From contig CBDCEW010000105.1 of assembly GCA_965215885.1 (NCBI GenBank), positions 192,001-256,000 on the forward strand: a stretch of 64,000 bases of DNA, read 5' to 3'. The DNA comes from Candidatus Moanibacter sp. Its GTDB lineage: Bacteria > Verrucomicrobiota > Verrucomicrobiia > Opitutales > UBA2987. The position numbers and the translations under genes are program-made. The notes under the pieces were generated by a model. That model ran no database searches and was not told the DNA's origin. It saw nothing but the letters and a program-made list of their open reading frames with translations. The stretch's first letter is position 1; every line of letters begins with the position of its first letter. Shown piece by piece: positions 30,411 to 39,704 of this stretch.

Positions 30411-32066
30411 CTATCCCAGCTTCAATCCATACTGCCGGCGCCCATATCCGTAGGTCACCGCTCTAACCTTCTTCAGGTGCTTTCGCCAGTTTCCAGCAGC
30501 GTACTTTCGTTCGAAATCGTCAATGTTCTGATGGTACCGCTTCAGCAATTCCGATTTTACGGGAGACTGTGCGAAACTGAATTTCAGGCTGTTTCGACCG
30601 AGTCCGACAAGCTCTTCCCAGCAGAGGTTGAAATTGGTCACTGCCGAATAGTACTCGTCTGTCATGTTGGAGTCCCACATCCCCCGATCATCTGTCGATA
30701 GAGCACAGGGGATTCCCTGCCGCATGTAGATGGGAAAGGGATGATCCTTCGGGTCGTCAACATACTCCAGCAGATGATTGCTCACGAGATTGATCTCAAC
30801 CATAAACTTCCCCATCCGCATGAGCTGCATCGTCTCGGCATCATCGATCAGATTCACGCCATGACCGATTCGAGTCGCCCCAAGCCGCAGTGTGTCGAAG
30901 ATATGGGTAGAGGGCTCATCCTGCTCACCTGCATGGATCGCGATGCCCACCCCTGGATATTTCCGTAGCGCATTGTCGTAAGCCTCCGTGAATCTTGCCG
31001 GATATCCCTTCTGATTGTCCTCCCGGCCCGCCATGTTTAGTCCCCTCCACAGATCCCGGTGGTTGTAGATGAAATCGAACTTAGGTAGCACCTCGCTCGG
31101 CGCATCTGGTTTAAATCGCAGAATTGTCAAAAGGCAACGCACCGTCACTCCCGTTGCCAATGCATCGGACTGATTGAGGCGATTTTTGTATATCCCATAG
31201 GCATCATCCTCTGAGAGTTTGTTGCCGCGAGCGTCTTCGAAACCTCCTACACCGACTTGAGGCTCCATGTAGATAACCCCTTCCCTCCCCATCAGTTTCA
31301 TGTTCTCCACCAGCAGTTCCGACATGACATGCGGATTTTTGAACAGGTGGTTGATTCGTGACCAGGTTTTCTCGAAAAACTCTTCTCTCCCTTCCCCCGG
31401 TCGGTCCAGAACGATTGAGGACATCCAACTCTTCCGCTCCTCCTCATTGAGTTCCTCAACCGGTTTGAATTCCTTGCGGTTACATTCGGGTAGGCTCTTC
31501 CAGGCGCGCTCGTGAATATTAATCCAATAGAGCATGCTATTGCTGCCGCTCCTCCTCTGAGGAATCTTAAATTCCCGGCAATTCTCAATCTGATGGCGAG
31601 TGTAGTAGCGTTGCCCTCCATTCAGACTGGGATCGATCGCCACCTGATACCAGTTCTCCTGCAACGTCGCACCTCCATGATGATGATGAAGGTCACCCCC
31701 CTTAGGTACCGCGTACAAAAACCTGAAAAGTTCCTCAGCAGTCGCATCTCTCTTTATCTCTTCGAATACCTCTGCAAAGTCGCCAAGTTCACCGGTCACG
31801 GGGCCGCCAACCCCTAATCCGGTTAAAGCCGCCTTTCCCCCTGCCATTGCCGATAATTCTCCATTCGCTTTACCCTGCAGTTGGCTGATTCCCCCAACCG
31901 CGAGCGCAGAGAGCATCCCTTTCTTAAAGAACTCGCGACGGGAATTCTCCTTTTCTCCTCCATTAGAAGAATGCGACTCTTCTGCTTCCCGTGAGCCCGC
32001 CTTCTCCGATCTTCTAAATCCAAGTCTCTTGCCAATAGCTTTCACTTTCTTTCTTATCCTGTTCAT
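30411..32066 (-). CDS. Adenosine/AMP deaminase-family metallohydrolase with a Tat-like export motif
   Basis: PKGGDLHHH, IHAGE, RIGHG, HPF, LSTDD; N-terminal SRREFFKK followed by hydrophobic GMLSALAVGGI. Confidence 0.88.
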   Translation of the reverse strand: MNRIRKKVKAIGKRLGFRRSEKAGSREAEESHSSNGGEKENSRREFFKKGMLSALAVGGISQLQGKANGELSAMAGGKAALTGLGVGGPVTGELGDFAEVFEEIKRDATAEELFRFLYAVPKGGDLHHHHGGATLQENWYQVAIDPSLNGGQRYYTRHQIENCREFKIPQRRSGSNSMLYWINIHERAWKSLPECNRKEFKPVEELNEEERKSWMSSIVLDRPGEGREEFFEKTWSRINHLFKNPHVMSELLVENMKLMGREGVIYMEPQVGVGGFEDARGNKLSEDDAYGIYKNRLNQSDALATGVTVRCLLTILRFKPDAPSEVLPKFDFIYNHRDLWRGLNMAGREDNQKGYPARFTEAYDNALRKYPGVGIAIHAGEQDEPSTHIFDTLRLGATRIGHGVNLIDDAETMQLMRMGKFMVEINLVSNHLLEYVDDPKDHPFPIYMRQGIPCALSTDDRGMWDSNMTDEYYSAVTNFNLCWEELVGLGRNSLKFSFAQSPVKSELLKRYHQNIDDFERKYAAGNWRKHLKKVRAVTYGYGRRQYGLKLG

Positions 32067-32262
32067 TCTCCCACTTTACTCACCTACTCCCTCTGCACAA
32101 GTTCTATCCAAATCGGCTCCGATTGCGACCAGGACCTTCGAGTCAGCATCCACCCAATCATAATCGTAATCGAAAATCGAGACCATCGACTACGACTACA
32201 ACAACGACCTTCGAATGGATATCGACCCAATCCGCGTTGCGAAATCTGTAGTCGCGTTCGCA

Positions 32263-32686
32263 CTATGACGCCGCGGGAAATCTGCTTCGCAGGAAGATCA
32301 CGGTAACTGTCGACACCGACAACGATTTCATGGACGTCGGTTTTGAGACGCCGAATTTCGGAAGGCTTTCCCGCGACGGGACGGCCGATTTCGACAGCGA
32401 CGGGCAGATCGATCTGGCGGAATTTCTCGCCGAAACCGATCCGACGAATGGAGCCTCCGCCCTAAGGGTAAGCGGCGGTTCAACATCCGGCGCGGACAGC
32501 ATTACGATCACCTGGAACGCGGTTTCCGGGAAGCGTTACAGCTTGCAGTATAAAGACGACCTGGCGAATCCGCAATGGTTCGACCTCCCCGGGGACATCA
32601 CCGCTACCGGTTCGTCCGCCTCAAAGCTGGATGACTCCATAACGGGCCTGAGGCATCGCTTCTACCGGGTCATCCTTCTCCCTTAG
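32263..32686 (+). pseudogene. 5'-truncated paralog of the small YD/Ca-binding secreted protein at 37974-38594
   Basis: Begins abruptly at YDAAGNLLRRKIT; otherwise collinear with 38171-38594 through ...FYRVILLP*. Signal peptide and first YD repeats absent. Confidence 0.8.
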
Positions 32687-32751
32687 CCCCGGACATTTTA
32701 CACCCTTCGTAGCGAGATCCCGGCACGCCGGGAATTGCTGCGGCTCAAACT

Positions 32752-32800
32752 CCATTGCCCTATGTTCGTATTTCGGCGAAATACGAACATAGGGCAATGG
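32752..32800. repeat. Perfect 24-bp-arm palindrome (family of 3: 32752-32800, 38667-38701, 39269-39321)
   Basis: CCATTGCCCTATGTTCGTATTTCG-G-CGAAATACGAACATAGGGCAATGG; the core is shared by the other two copies (one mismatch in the third). Confidence 0.9.
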
Positions 32801-33511
32801 GGATCAATTCTGATTGGAACTAAGGTAGGGAGACCTAACGAGAACCAAGCCACAGTAGCGCGGCGCTTTAGCCCGCGTCGATGCTAACCGTCCTCGTACT
32901 CGTGATTTAAAAACTCTAAAATCGAGAACGATTACGAGCACGAGAACGAGAACTTCACTGGACCACAGATCACATATGGCACAGATATTACCCTACCGAT
33001 TCACTCCCCATCTCGTTGAGTCTGCTGTGCAGCCGATCCGAGGTACTCCGGAGTCCTGGCAGGGTTTTCCCCTCTCCTCCCTTTGCGTCTTTGCGGCTTC
33101 TCGACAGGGCGTAGTGCCGCTTGCGGGTCGAAGACCGTTGCGTGAGAATTCTTTCCTCTTTCTTTCCGTTTCCCCTGTCCAGCTCCGAGATCACATATGG
33201 ATCTGTTTCCTTCTGTTTAATTCTTTCTTCCCCGCAAGGACCTACCAGTCGTAGCCGTCCCGCTCAGCGGGTCGAAGGGTTCTCACTTTTCCCACTTTCG
33301 CGTATTTTCGCGTTTTTAGCGGGCAAACTACCAGAACGAGCCAGACCACCACCCGAAGTTATTAGTTCGACTTTCCCCAAGAAATCCAGTAACGCTCCGT
33401 TCGTCTTGAATTACGATCTTGCTACTGCTTCCCTTCCCATAAAGCTTCCTCAAATCAAACTCTGATGGCCGCTTTCCCCCGATCAGAAAACTCCCACCTC
33501 AGCGTCGGTTA

Positions 33512-36500
33512 ATGCGCAAGTTCACCCTCCTTGTCGTCTCGGCCTCCCTGCTGAGCGGGGTCGCAACCGTTCAAGCACACTTCTGTGGACTCTTAGACAT
33601 TCAACCACCTCTAGCCACTCCAATCACTTTAGCCGTAGGTGATCGCGCTAAGTTCTTCATCATCGCCGATATTCTGGATGAGTCGCAGGAATCGGAGTAT
33701 AGTATCGTCAACAGTACCGACACTTCCAAGGCTTCCGTCATATTGACAAGCGCCACCGCCTTCGCCTTCGGCGAATACATCATCAAGGGCCTGAGCCCCG
33801 GGCAGACGACGCTCACTCTGTCCTGGGAATACGAACCGACCCTCCAATCGGATACCTGTCTCGTAGAAGTTACCGTGGTGGACGCAGCCACGGCGGATCC
33901 ATCCACTGCATCGAATTTCGAACAGTCCGGCACGTCCAATGGCCCGGTCAACACCCACACGGGTGAGCTGACGATGGTGGAGGATCCGGATCTCTTTCTC
34001 GGGGGACCGCTACCTCTCTTCTTCCAGCGCTACTATGCCTCCGGACTATTGGACGACAACCTCGTCTTGAGCAGCCTCGGGATCAACTGGATGCACAACT
34101 TCGAGTTGAGCCTCTTGCATATCGGAAATGAGATCGATATCGCATTTCTGGGGGGTCGAAAGATCCAGTTCCAGTTAAATATGAGCGAATGGGAGCTGGT
34201 CGGAACCAGTGATATACCTTTTCAGCTGGTGGCCAGCGGACCGGACTTTCTGCTGGCGGACCCGAGAACACACATCATCTACCAATTCGACAGCGGGGGA
34301 AAACTGATCTCGATTGCAGACCGCAACGGCAACGCCCTCACTCTTACCTACAACAATAATCTCTTAACCCAGGTCTTCGATAGTCTCGGCCGAGTTTTAA
34401 CATTCAACTACGCGGGCGCTCAGGTGTTGAACAGCGTCAGTGACGGAACTCGCACCATCATATTGGGGAATATCTTTGGGGAGCATGTCGCTGTAATCGA
34501 TGCGGAGAATAAGAACACGAGCTATAACTTCCCTTTCATGCCCGCCATACCTGGTCTGCTGAATTCCGTTCAGCGTCCGGAATTCAATATACCATTCACC
34601 CAGACCTACGACGCCAACGGACGCGTCCTGACCCAGGCCGATTCTGACAACGATACCTTCTCTTTTAGTTATGTCGGGTCCGAAACCACCATCAAGGATC
34701 CGGAGACGAACACGGTTGTTCATACCCACGATGCCAACGGCCGATTGATCTCGGTGGAGGACCAGACAATGGCTACGGCGACGTTTGGTTACAATGCCGA
34801 TGGGCAGCGCACGACGATCACTGACCGACTCAACGACACCACCATGATCACCTATCATTCCCCCTCGGGACGACCCGCCTCATTTACCGACGCCGAAGGA
34901 AACAACACCCAATTCGCCTATCAGGAGCAGACGCACGCATCCGGCCTCAAGTTCCACGATCTGACGCAGGTGATATTTCCGGATGGGACGGACATCGAGT
35001 TCACCTACGATTCGGCGGGCAATGTCCTCACTGCTACCGACCAGGCGGAGAAGACCACCACTATGACTTATAACAGCCGAGGGCAGGTCCTAACAGTGAC
35101 GAATCCGACCAGCGGCCTCACCACTTTTACCTATGATGAAGACGCCATGGACACTGATGGAAACTTGGCGACCATTACCGACCATTTCAACAACATGACA
35201 TCATTCACCTACGATGCCCTCGGGCGTTTGACTCGCACGGATCTACCGGATTTTACCTTTCAGCAGTACACTTACGACAACAATGACCGTCTCGTCAATT
35301 TCACGGATGAACGCAGCAAAGTCACGACCTTCACCTACGATGATAACGGTAATCTCGAAACAGCAACCGACCCGTTGAATCAGGTCACTAACTATGCCTA
35401 CGATGGGAATGATCGGTTGATGGAGATCGACGGACGCAGACCGGGGAACGCCGATCTCAGGCGCTACGACTACGATTCGTTCGGACGTCTCAACTCTCTT
35501 ACCAACCAGGCAAACGAGAACACAGCGATCGGCTACGATTCGCGTGGGTTTGCCACTACCGTTACGGATCCCGACGGAAAGACCGCCACCAACGGATTCG
35601 ACGCCGAGGGAGTCTTGAGCAGCTTCACAAACCGATTGAACAAGACCTGGAATTTTCAGACCGATAAGCTGGGCCGCCTCGTCGAGGTCACCTCCCCTCT
35701 CACCCACCAACAGAGATTCACCTACGACCCGCTCGGACGAGTGACGGAGTTTCAGGATTCCCTCGCGCAGATCACGACTTTCGCCTATGACGAGCGCGGA
35801 TCAATCACCCGCGCGGTTCTGCCAAACGGGGCCAGCACGGCATACGAGTACAGCGATCTGGGCCGACTGACCAAAGTGACCGATCCGAACGGGAATGACT
35901 GGGCCTTCAACTACAATGCGAAGGGTCAGATTACTCTCGTAAATGACCCCTTCCTGCGTTCGATCGTATACGGCTACGATGCCCGCAGCCGAATTGATGA
36001 AGCGTTCGCTCCTCTGGGAAACGTCACTTTTACTTACGATGACGCCGGAAACCTGACCCAGCACAACTACACCGACGGTACGATCTACGACTACGCCTAT
36101 GACGACGCCAATCGCCTCCTTACCGCGGATGGACTTACTGCCGCCTACGACGAGCGGGGGCTTCTGGTAGAGAGCAACGGCTTGAATATCACTCGAGACG
36201 TCGTTGGGCGCATCGAGACCATCACCTATGCCGCCGGCAAAACGGTCACCTATACCTATGACAACCGCGGTCTCCTCTCCCAGGTGATGGATTGGGTAGC
36301 GGGAAATCCCACCACCTTCACCTACGATGACGCCGCGCGTCTCTCAACAATCACACGGCCCAATGGCGTTACCACCACCTATACCTACGACGACGACGGA
36401 AGGCTCTCCGGAGTGTCCGAAGACGATTCCGGGGGAAACCTCTCTTCGATCACTTTGACCCGCGATGGGGAGGGCCGCATCACGGCAGCGAACCGGAATG

Positions 36501-37597
36501 TGCCGCTCGGTTTGAATCTGAGTAACTCCGAAGAGCTATTCACCTACGATGCCGCCCACCAGGTGTCGGGTGGAGGATTTACTTATGACCTTATGGGGCG
36601 AGCCACGAGCGACGGAGCGCGTACCTATCCCTGGGATCTGAGCAACCGCCTCACTTCCATCGACAACAGCGGGAACATCGCTGCACACACCTATGACGGT
36701 TTGGGCAATCTCATCTCGCGCACCGAGGGTGGCGCGACACTGGACTTCGTCCTCAACTATGCCCTCGGCCTCCCCTCGCTGAGCGTTGTGCGACAATCGA
36801 GCACAGACCTGGACTACTTCATATACACTCCCGGAGGTCTCCCTCTACACTGTATCGAGCCCAACGAGAATCGCGAATTTTATCACTTCGATGAAGCGGG
36901 GAACGCCCTCTTTATCTCCGACAATTCCGGCACGATCACTGACCGGTTTGCCATCACCCCATACGGGGAGATCGTCCAGCAGACCGGTAGCAGCGATGCT
37001 CCCTTTACCTTCGGCGGAGCCTTCGGGATCGTCAGCGTCGAAAATAACCTCTACTACATGCGCAAACGTTTCTACAATCCCACCACAGCCGCCTTTCTCT
37101 CCCAAGACCCGGTAAAGTCCTACACTCCGCGAAGTGTGAATCCCTATCAGTACGCCTTTGGAAATCCACTCCTCTTTGTGGATGCGAATGGGCTGGCGCC
37201 AATAAACTCCAATCGCGGACCTAGTGCGCTAGAGAATAACCCACCACCATCAATCCGAGACCTTGGATTGGTGTTCTTTGCCCCCCTCGATCCACGAAGA
37301 GACATCGCGGATAGACCAGAATTCCATGTGCCAGATCGGTGCTTGTTCGAAACGATTGATGGTTCGGGTTCGTTTAACCAGATATGTTTTGGCCCTACTA
37401 CGTTCGACGTAAGATATACTTATGCGTCCATATCAGCAATTGATGTTGCTGACCCGCTGGGCTTGGTTTACTTTATTTCTTTCGAAGGCACGAGCACTCT
37501 CGGCGATTCCTCCAGTTTTGCGATTTCAAGGTCGGACTTCGACAGCATTCAATCTGGATACAGGCAGAATTGGAATCGAGTGGGGGGGGGATTCTAG
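33512..37597 (+). CDS. Secreted RHS/YD-repeat protein with Sec signal peptide, Ig-like region, DUF6531-like region and RHS core
   Basis: Signal MRKFTLLVVSASLLSGVATVQA; GPVNTHTGEL..PLFFQRYYAS..LGINWMHNF; many TYDxxGRL repeats; core YYMRKRFYNPTTAAFLSQDP..NPYQYAFGNPLLFVDANGL; ~130-aa C-terminal extension. Confidence 0.93.
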   Translation: MRKFTLLVVSASLLSGVATVQAHFCGLLDIQPPLATPITLAVGDRAKFFIIADILDESQESEYSIVNSTDTSKASVILTSATAFAFGEYIIKGLSPGQTTLTLSWEYEPTLQSDTCLVEVTVVDAATADPSTASNFEQSGTSNGPVNTHTGELTMVEDPDLFLGGPLPLFFQRYYASGLLDDNLVLSSLGINWMHNFELSLLHIGNEIDIAFLGGRKIQFQLNMSEWELVGTSDIPFQLVASGPDFLLADPRTHIIYQFDSGGKLISIADRNGNALTLTYNNNLLTQVFDSLGRVLTFNYAGAQVLNSVSDGTRTIILGNIFGEHVAVIDAENKNTSYNFPFMPAIPGLLNSVQRPEFNIPFTQTYDANGRVLTQADSDNDTFSFSYVGSETTIKDPETNTVVHTHDANGRLISVEDQTMATATFGYNADGQRTTITDRLNDTTMITYHSPSGRPASFTDAEGNNTQFAYQEQTHASGLKFHDLTQVIFPDGTDIEFTYDSAGNVLTATDQAEKTTTMTYNSRGQVLTVTNPTSGLTTFTYDEDAMDTDGNLATITDHFNNMTSFTYDALGRLTRTDLPDFTFQQYTYDNNDRLVNFTDERSKVTTFTYDDNGNLETATDPLNQVTNYAYDGNDRLMEIDGRRPGNADLRRYDYDSFGRLNSLTNQANENTAIGYDSRGFATTVTDPDGKTATNGFDAEGVLSSFTNRLNKTWNFQTDKLGRLVEVTSPLTHQQRFTYDPLGRVTEFQDSLAQITTFAYDERGSITRAVLPNGASTAYEYSDLGRLTKVTDPNGNDWAFNYNAKGQITLVNDPFLRSIVYGYDARSRIDEAFAPLGNVTFTYDDAGNLTQHNYTDGTIYDYAYDDANRLLTADGLTAAYDERGLLVESNGLNITRDVVGRIETITYAAGKTVTYTYDNRGLLSQVMDWVAGNPTTFTYDDAARLSTITRPNGVTTTYTYDDDGRLSGVSEDDSGGNLSSITLTRDGEGRITAANRNVPLGLNLSNSEELFTYDAAHQVSGGGFTYDLMGRATSDGARTYPWDLSNRLTSIDNSGNIAAHTYDGLGNLISRTEGGATLDFVLNYALGLPSLSVVRQSSTDLDYFIYTPGGLPLHCIEPNENREFYHFDEAGNALFISDNSGTITDRFAITPYGEIVQQTGSSDAPFTFGGAFGIVSVENNLYYMRKRFYNPTTAAFLSQDPVKSYTPRSVNPYQYAFGNPLLFVDANGLAPINSNRGPSALENNPPPSIRDLGLVFFAPLDPRRDIADRPEFHVPDRCLFETIDGSGSFNQICFGPTTFDVRYTYASISAIDVADPLGLVYFISFEGTSTLGDSSSFAISRSDFDSIQSGYRQNWNRVGGGF

Positions 37598-37687
37598 AAG
37601 GTCTTCGCTCTATTCTATCGTCATTTCGTGAGACGCCGGTCAAGTTTTCGCGAAAATCGTCAGGAACCGCTAGACTGTTTTTTAATT

Positions 37688-37824
37688 CTCGGAGTGCTAT
37701 TTCCTCCGATCCGGTCGGTCTGTACTTTGACTCTCCTCAGAGTACTGCTTCCTCCGATCCTGACGGTCTATATTTTGGCTCTCCTCGGAGTGCTATTTCA
37801 TCCGATCCGATCGGTCTGTATCAT
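37688..37824 (+). repeat. 48-bp tandem repeat x~2.9, encoding SSDPxGLY units
   Basis: Units start at 37688, 37736 and 37784 (CTCGGAGTGCTATTTCCTCCGATCCGGTCGGTCTGTA and variants); frame 37570-37860 reads SSDPVGLY / SSDPDGLY / SSDPIGLY. Confidence 0.9.
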
Positions 37825-37973
37825 CCAACCAGTTTCGCGGATCCTATTCAGAGAAGGTGATTTCATCAAATTTTTATCCAGTCTATTATAAGCGCAGGCG
37901 AATGTCTAATAGGGTCTGTGATGAAAGATTGAATGAGAAGAGTTTGTTTCATTCTTGAATCGGGGTAACTTCG

Positions 37974-38594
37974 TTGAATACAAGAGGATCCAGAGTCGTG
38001 GCACTAAGCGAATTCGTGCAAAATCTGAAGTGGGCTGTCATCATGGCATTTCTGATCAACAATGCGCTGGGCCAGATTTCATTGCGAGCCGAAAACGTCA
38101 CCTACTCCTACGACACGGCGGGTCACTTGACCGGAGTCTTTTACGATGGAGGACAGAGCATCACGTATGTCTATGACGCCGCGGGAAATCTCCTTCGCCG
38201 GAAGATCACCGTAATCGTCGACACCGACAACGACTTCATGGACGACGGTTTCGAAACGGCAAACTTCGGAGGACTTTCCCGCGACGGGACGGCCGATTTC
38301 GACAGCGACGGCCAGAGCGATCTGGCGGAGTTTCTCGCCCAGACCGACCCGACCAACGGTTCGTCTTTGCTCCGCGTAAGCGGCGGTTCATCATCCGGCG
38401 CCGACAGCGTAACGATCACCTGGGACGCCGTTTCCGGGAAGCGCTACCGCCTCCAGTACAAGGACGACCTCACGAATCCGCAATGGTTCGACCTCTCCGG
38501 CGACATCACCGCTACCGGATCCTCCGCCTCAAAGCTCGATGACTCCATCATGGGCCTCAGGCAGCGCTTCTACAGGGTCATCCTTCTCCCCTAA
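37974..38594 (+). CDS. Small secreted protein: two YD repeats, Asp-rich Ca-binding-like loops, Verrucomicrobia-type C-terminal beta domain ending FYRV
   Basis: YSYDTAGHL, YVYDAAGNL, DTDNDFMDD, DFDSDGQSDLAEF, VTITW..YRLQYKDDL..W..QRFYRVILLP. True start probably later than 37974. Confidence 0.8.
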   Translation: MNTRGSRVVALSEFVQNLKWAVIMAFLINNALGQISLRAENVTYSYDTAGHLTGVFYDGGQSITYVYDAAGNLLRRKITVIVDTDNDFMDDGFETANFGGLSRDGTADFDSDGQSDLAEFLAQTDPTNGSSLLRVSGGSSSGADSVTITWDAVSGKRYRLQYKDDLTNPQWFDLSGDITATGSSASKLDDSIMGLRQRFYRVILLP

Positions 38595-38907
38595 CCCGCA
38601 CATTTTACACGCTTCGTAGCGAGATCCCGGCAACCCAAGAAACGCTGCAGCTCAAACACCAATTGCCCTATGTTCGTATTTCGGCGAAATACGAACATAG
38701 GAGCCCGGAATCAGTCCTCCATTCAGATTCCGCGTCCACTTTCCTGTCCCGCTCCCTGGTGCGGCTACATATATCAACGACTTTAGGAGCACCGTCTCGG
38801 CTGTATTCCGTCCCCCACCCTCTTGACACGGCACAGCCCGAAGGACGTCGACGGTTGTCGTGGGGTAAGTTGCGGATTCGAGCTACATCAGATCAGCTTG
38901 AACATCA

Positions 38908-39180
38908 GCGAATCCCCCAGGCTTGTCCTGGGGATCGTTAGGTTTCATTGCTACCCGCCAAGCACATCATTTTGAACCTACGGTGATTAGGAACTCCAAG
39001 CGAGAGCGCACCCAATCGAGAACACGGAGCGAAGGAGCAGGAAAAACTGAGGCTCTCCGGTGCAACCGCCGGCGCACGATGGGCTATGGCGATTCAAGAG
39101 CCCGGAGGATCTCAGAGGTAAAGGGCCGTTTTGGGTAGCCGGAAGCCTAAATATCCCCAGCGCGGGGCCGGGGGATTTCC
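38908..39180. mobile_element. Possible non-autonomous IS200/IS605-like remnant
   Basis: Bounded by hairpins GAATCCCCCAGGCTTGTCCTGGGGATCG and AATATCCCCAGCGCGGGGCCGGGGGATTT, resembling IS200/605 subterminal hairpins; no transposase ORF. Confidence 0.3.
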
Positions 39181-39704
39181 GGTTCCATTAAACAGGTACA
39201 AGCAGGAATCGCAGAAAAAGGTTTTTGAATTATACGGGTCCACTGCGTCATCGAGCAGCATTCCAAACCCCTCTCGCCCTATGTTCGTATTTCGGCGAAA
39301 TACAAACATAGGGCGAGAGGGAAAAGAACCTGGGGCTATTTCAACGGAATCGATTCTGCCGTTATATTCCAAGGTTCCTGCCAACCGCTGTCAAAAGATC
39401 TGAACCCCGGCAAGCCGGGGTCCAGCTACAAAGATAACGTAAAACGTTGATAAATGTAGCCGGATCGCCTGTGGTGAGCACCGTCGAACTGCTGCGCGAT
39501 TCGGACGTTTTCCAAGGCATAGTGAGAAAACGGCATCTGATTCAGTTTCGGAATCTCTTTCAGCAGATTCGCTAATCGACCATCGACTACAACCTTCGAG
39601 TGGAAATTCAAGCAATCTTAGTCGTCGTCATAATCGTCGTCGAAAGTCGAAGGAATCAGTTTGGTCATCGGCCTGGCAGCCCGTCGGACTCTCTCCACAG
39701 GCTG

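Larger units (their letters stand above)
32263..38701 (+). repeat. 531-bp diverged direct repeats (32263-32793 and 38171-38701) flanking the RHS gene
   Basis: Both start CTATGACGCCGCGGGAAAT, cover the small-protein 3' part and its downstream DNA, and end in the ...CGAAATACGAACATAGG palindrome. Confidence 0.9.

Noticed and set aside
32880..33330. Small ORFs upstream of the RHS gene
   Set aside because: Composed of short low-complexity repeats (CGAGAA, CTTTGCG, TTTCGCG types), most likely non-coding.
37688..37824. CRISPR or mini-array
   Set aside because: Contiguous 48-bp tandem units with no unique spacers; a length divisible by 3 fits a coding repeat.
37628..37891. RHS immunity protein (87-aa hydrophobic ORF)
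   Set aside because: It is an alternative frame of the tandem repeat with a weak GTG start and no RBS; the DPxGL frame is more interpretable. Not fully excluded.
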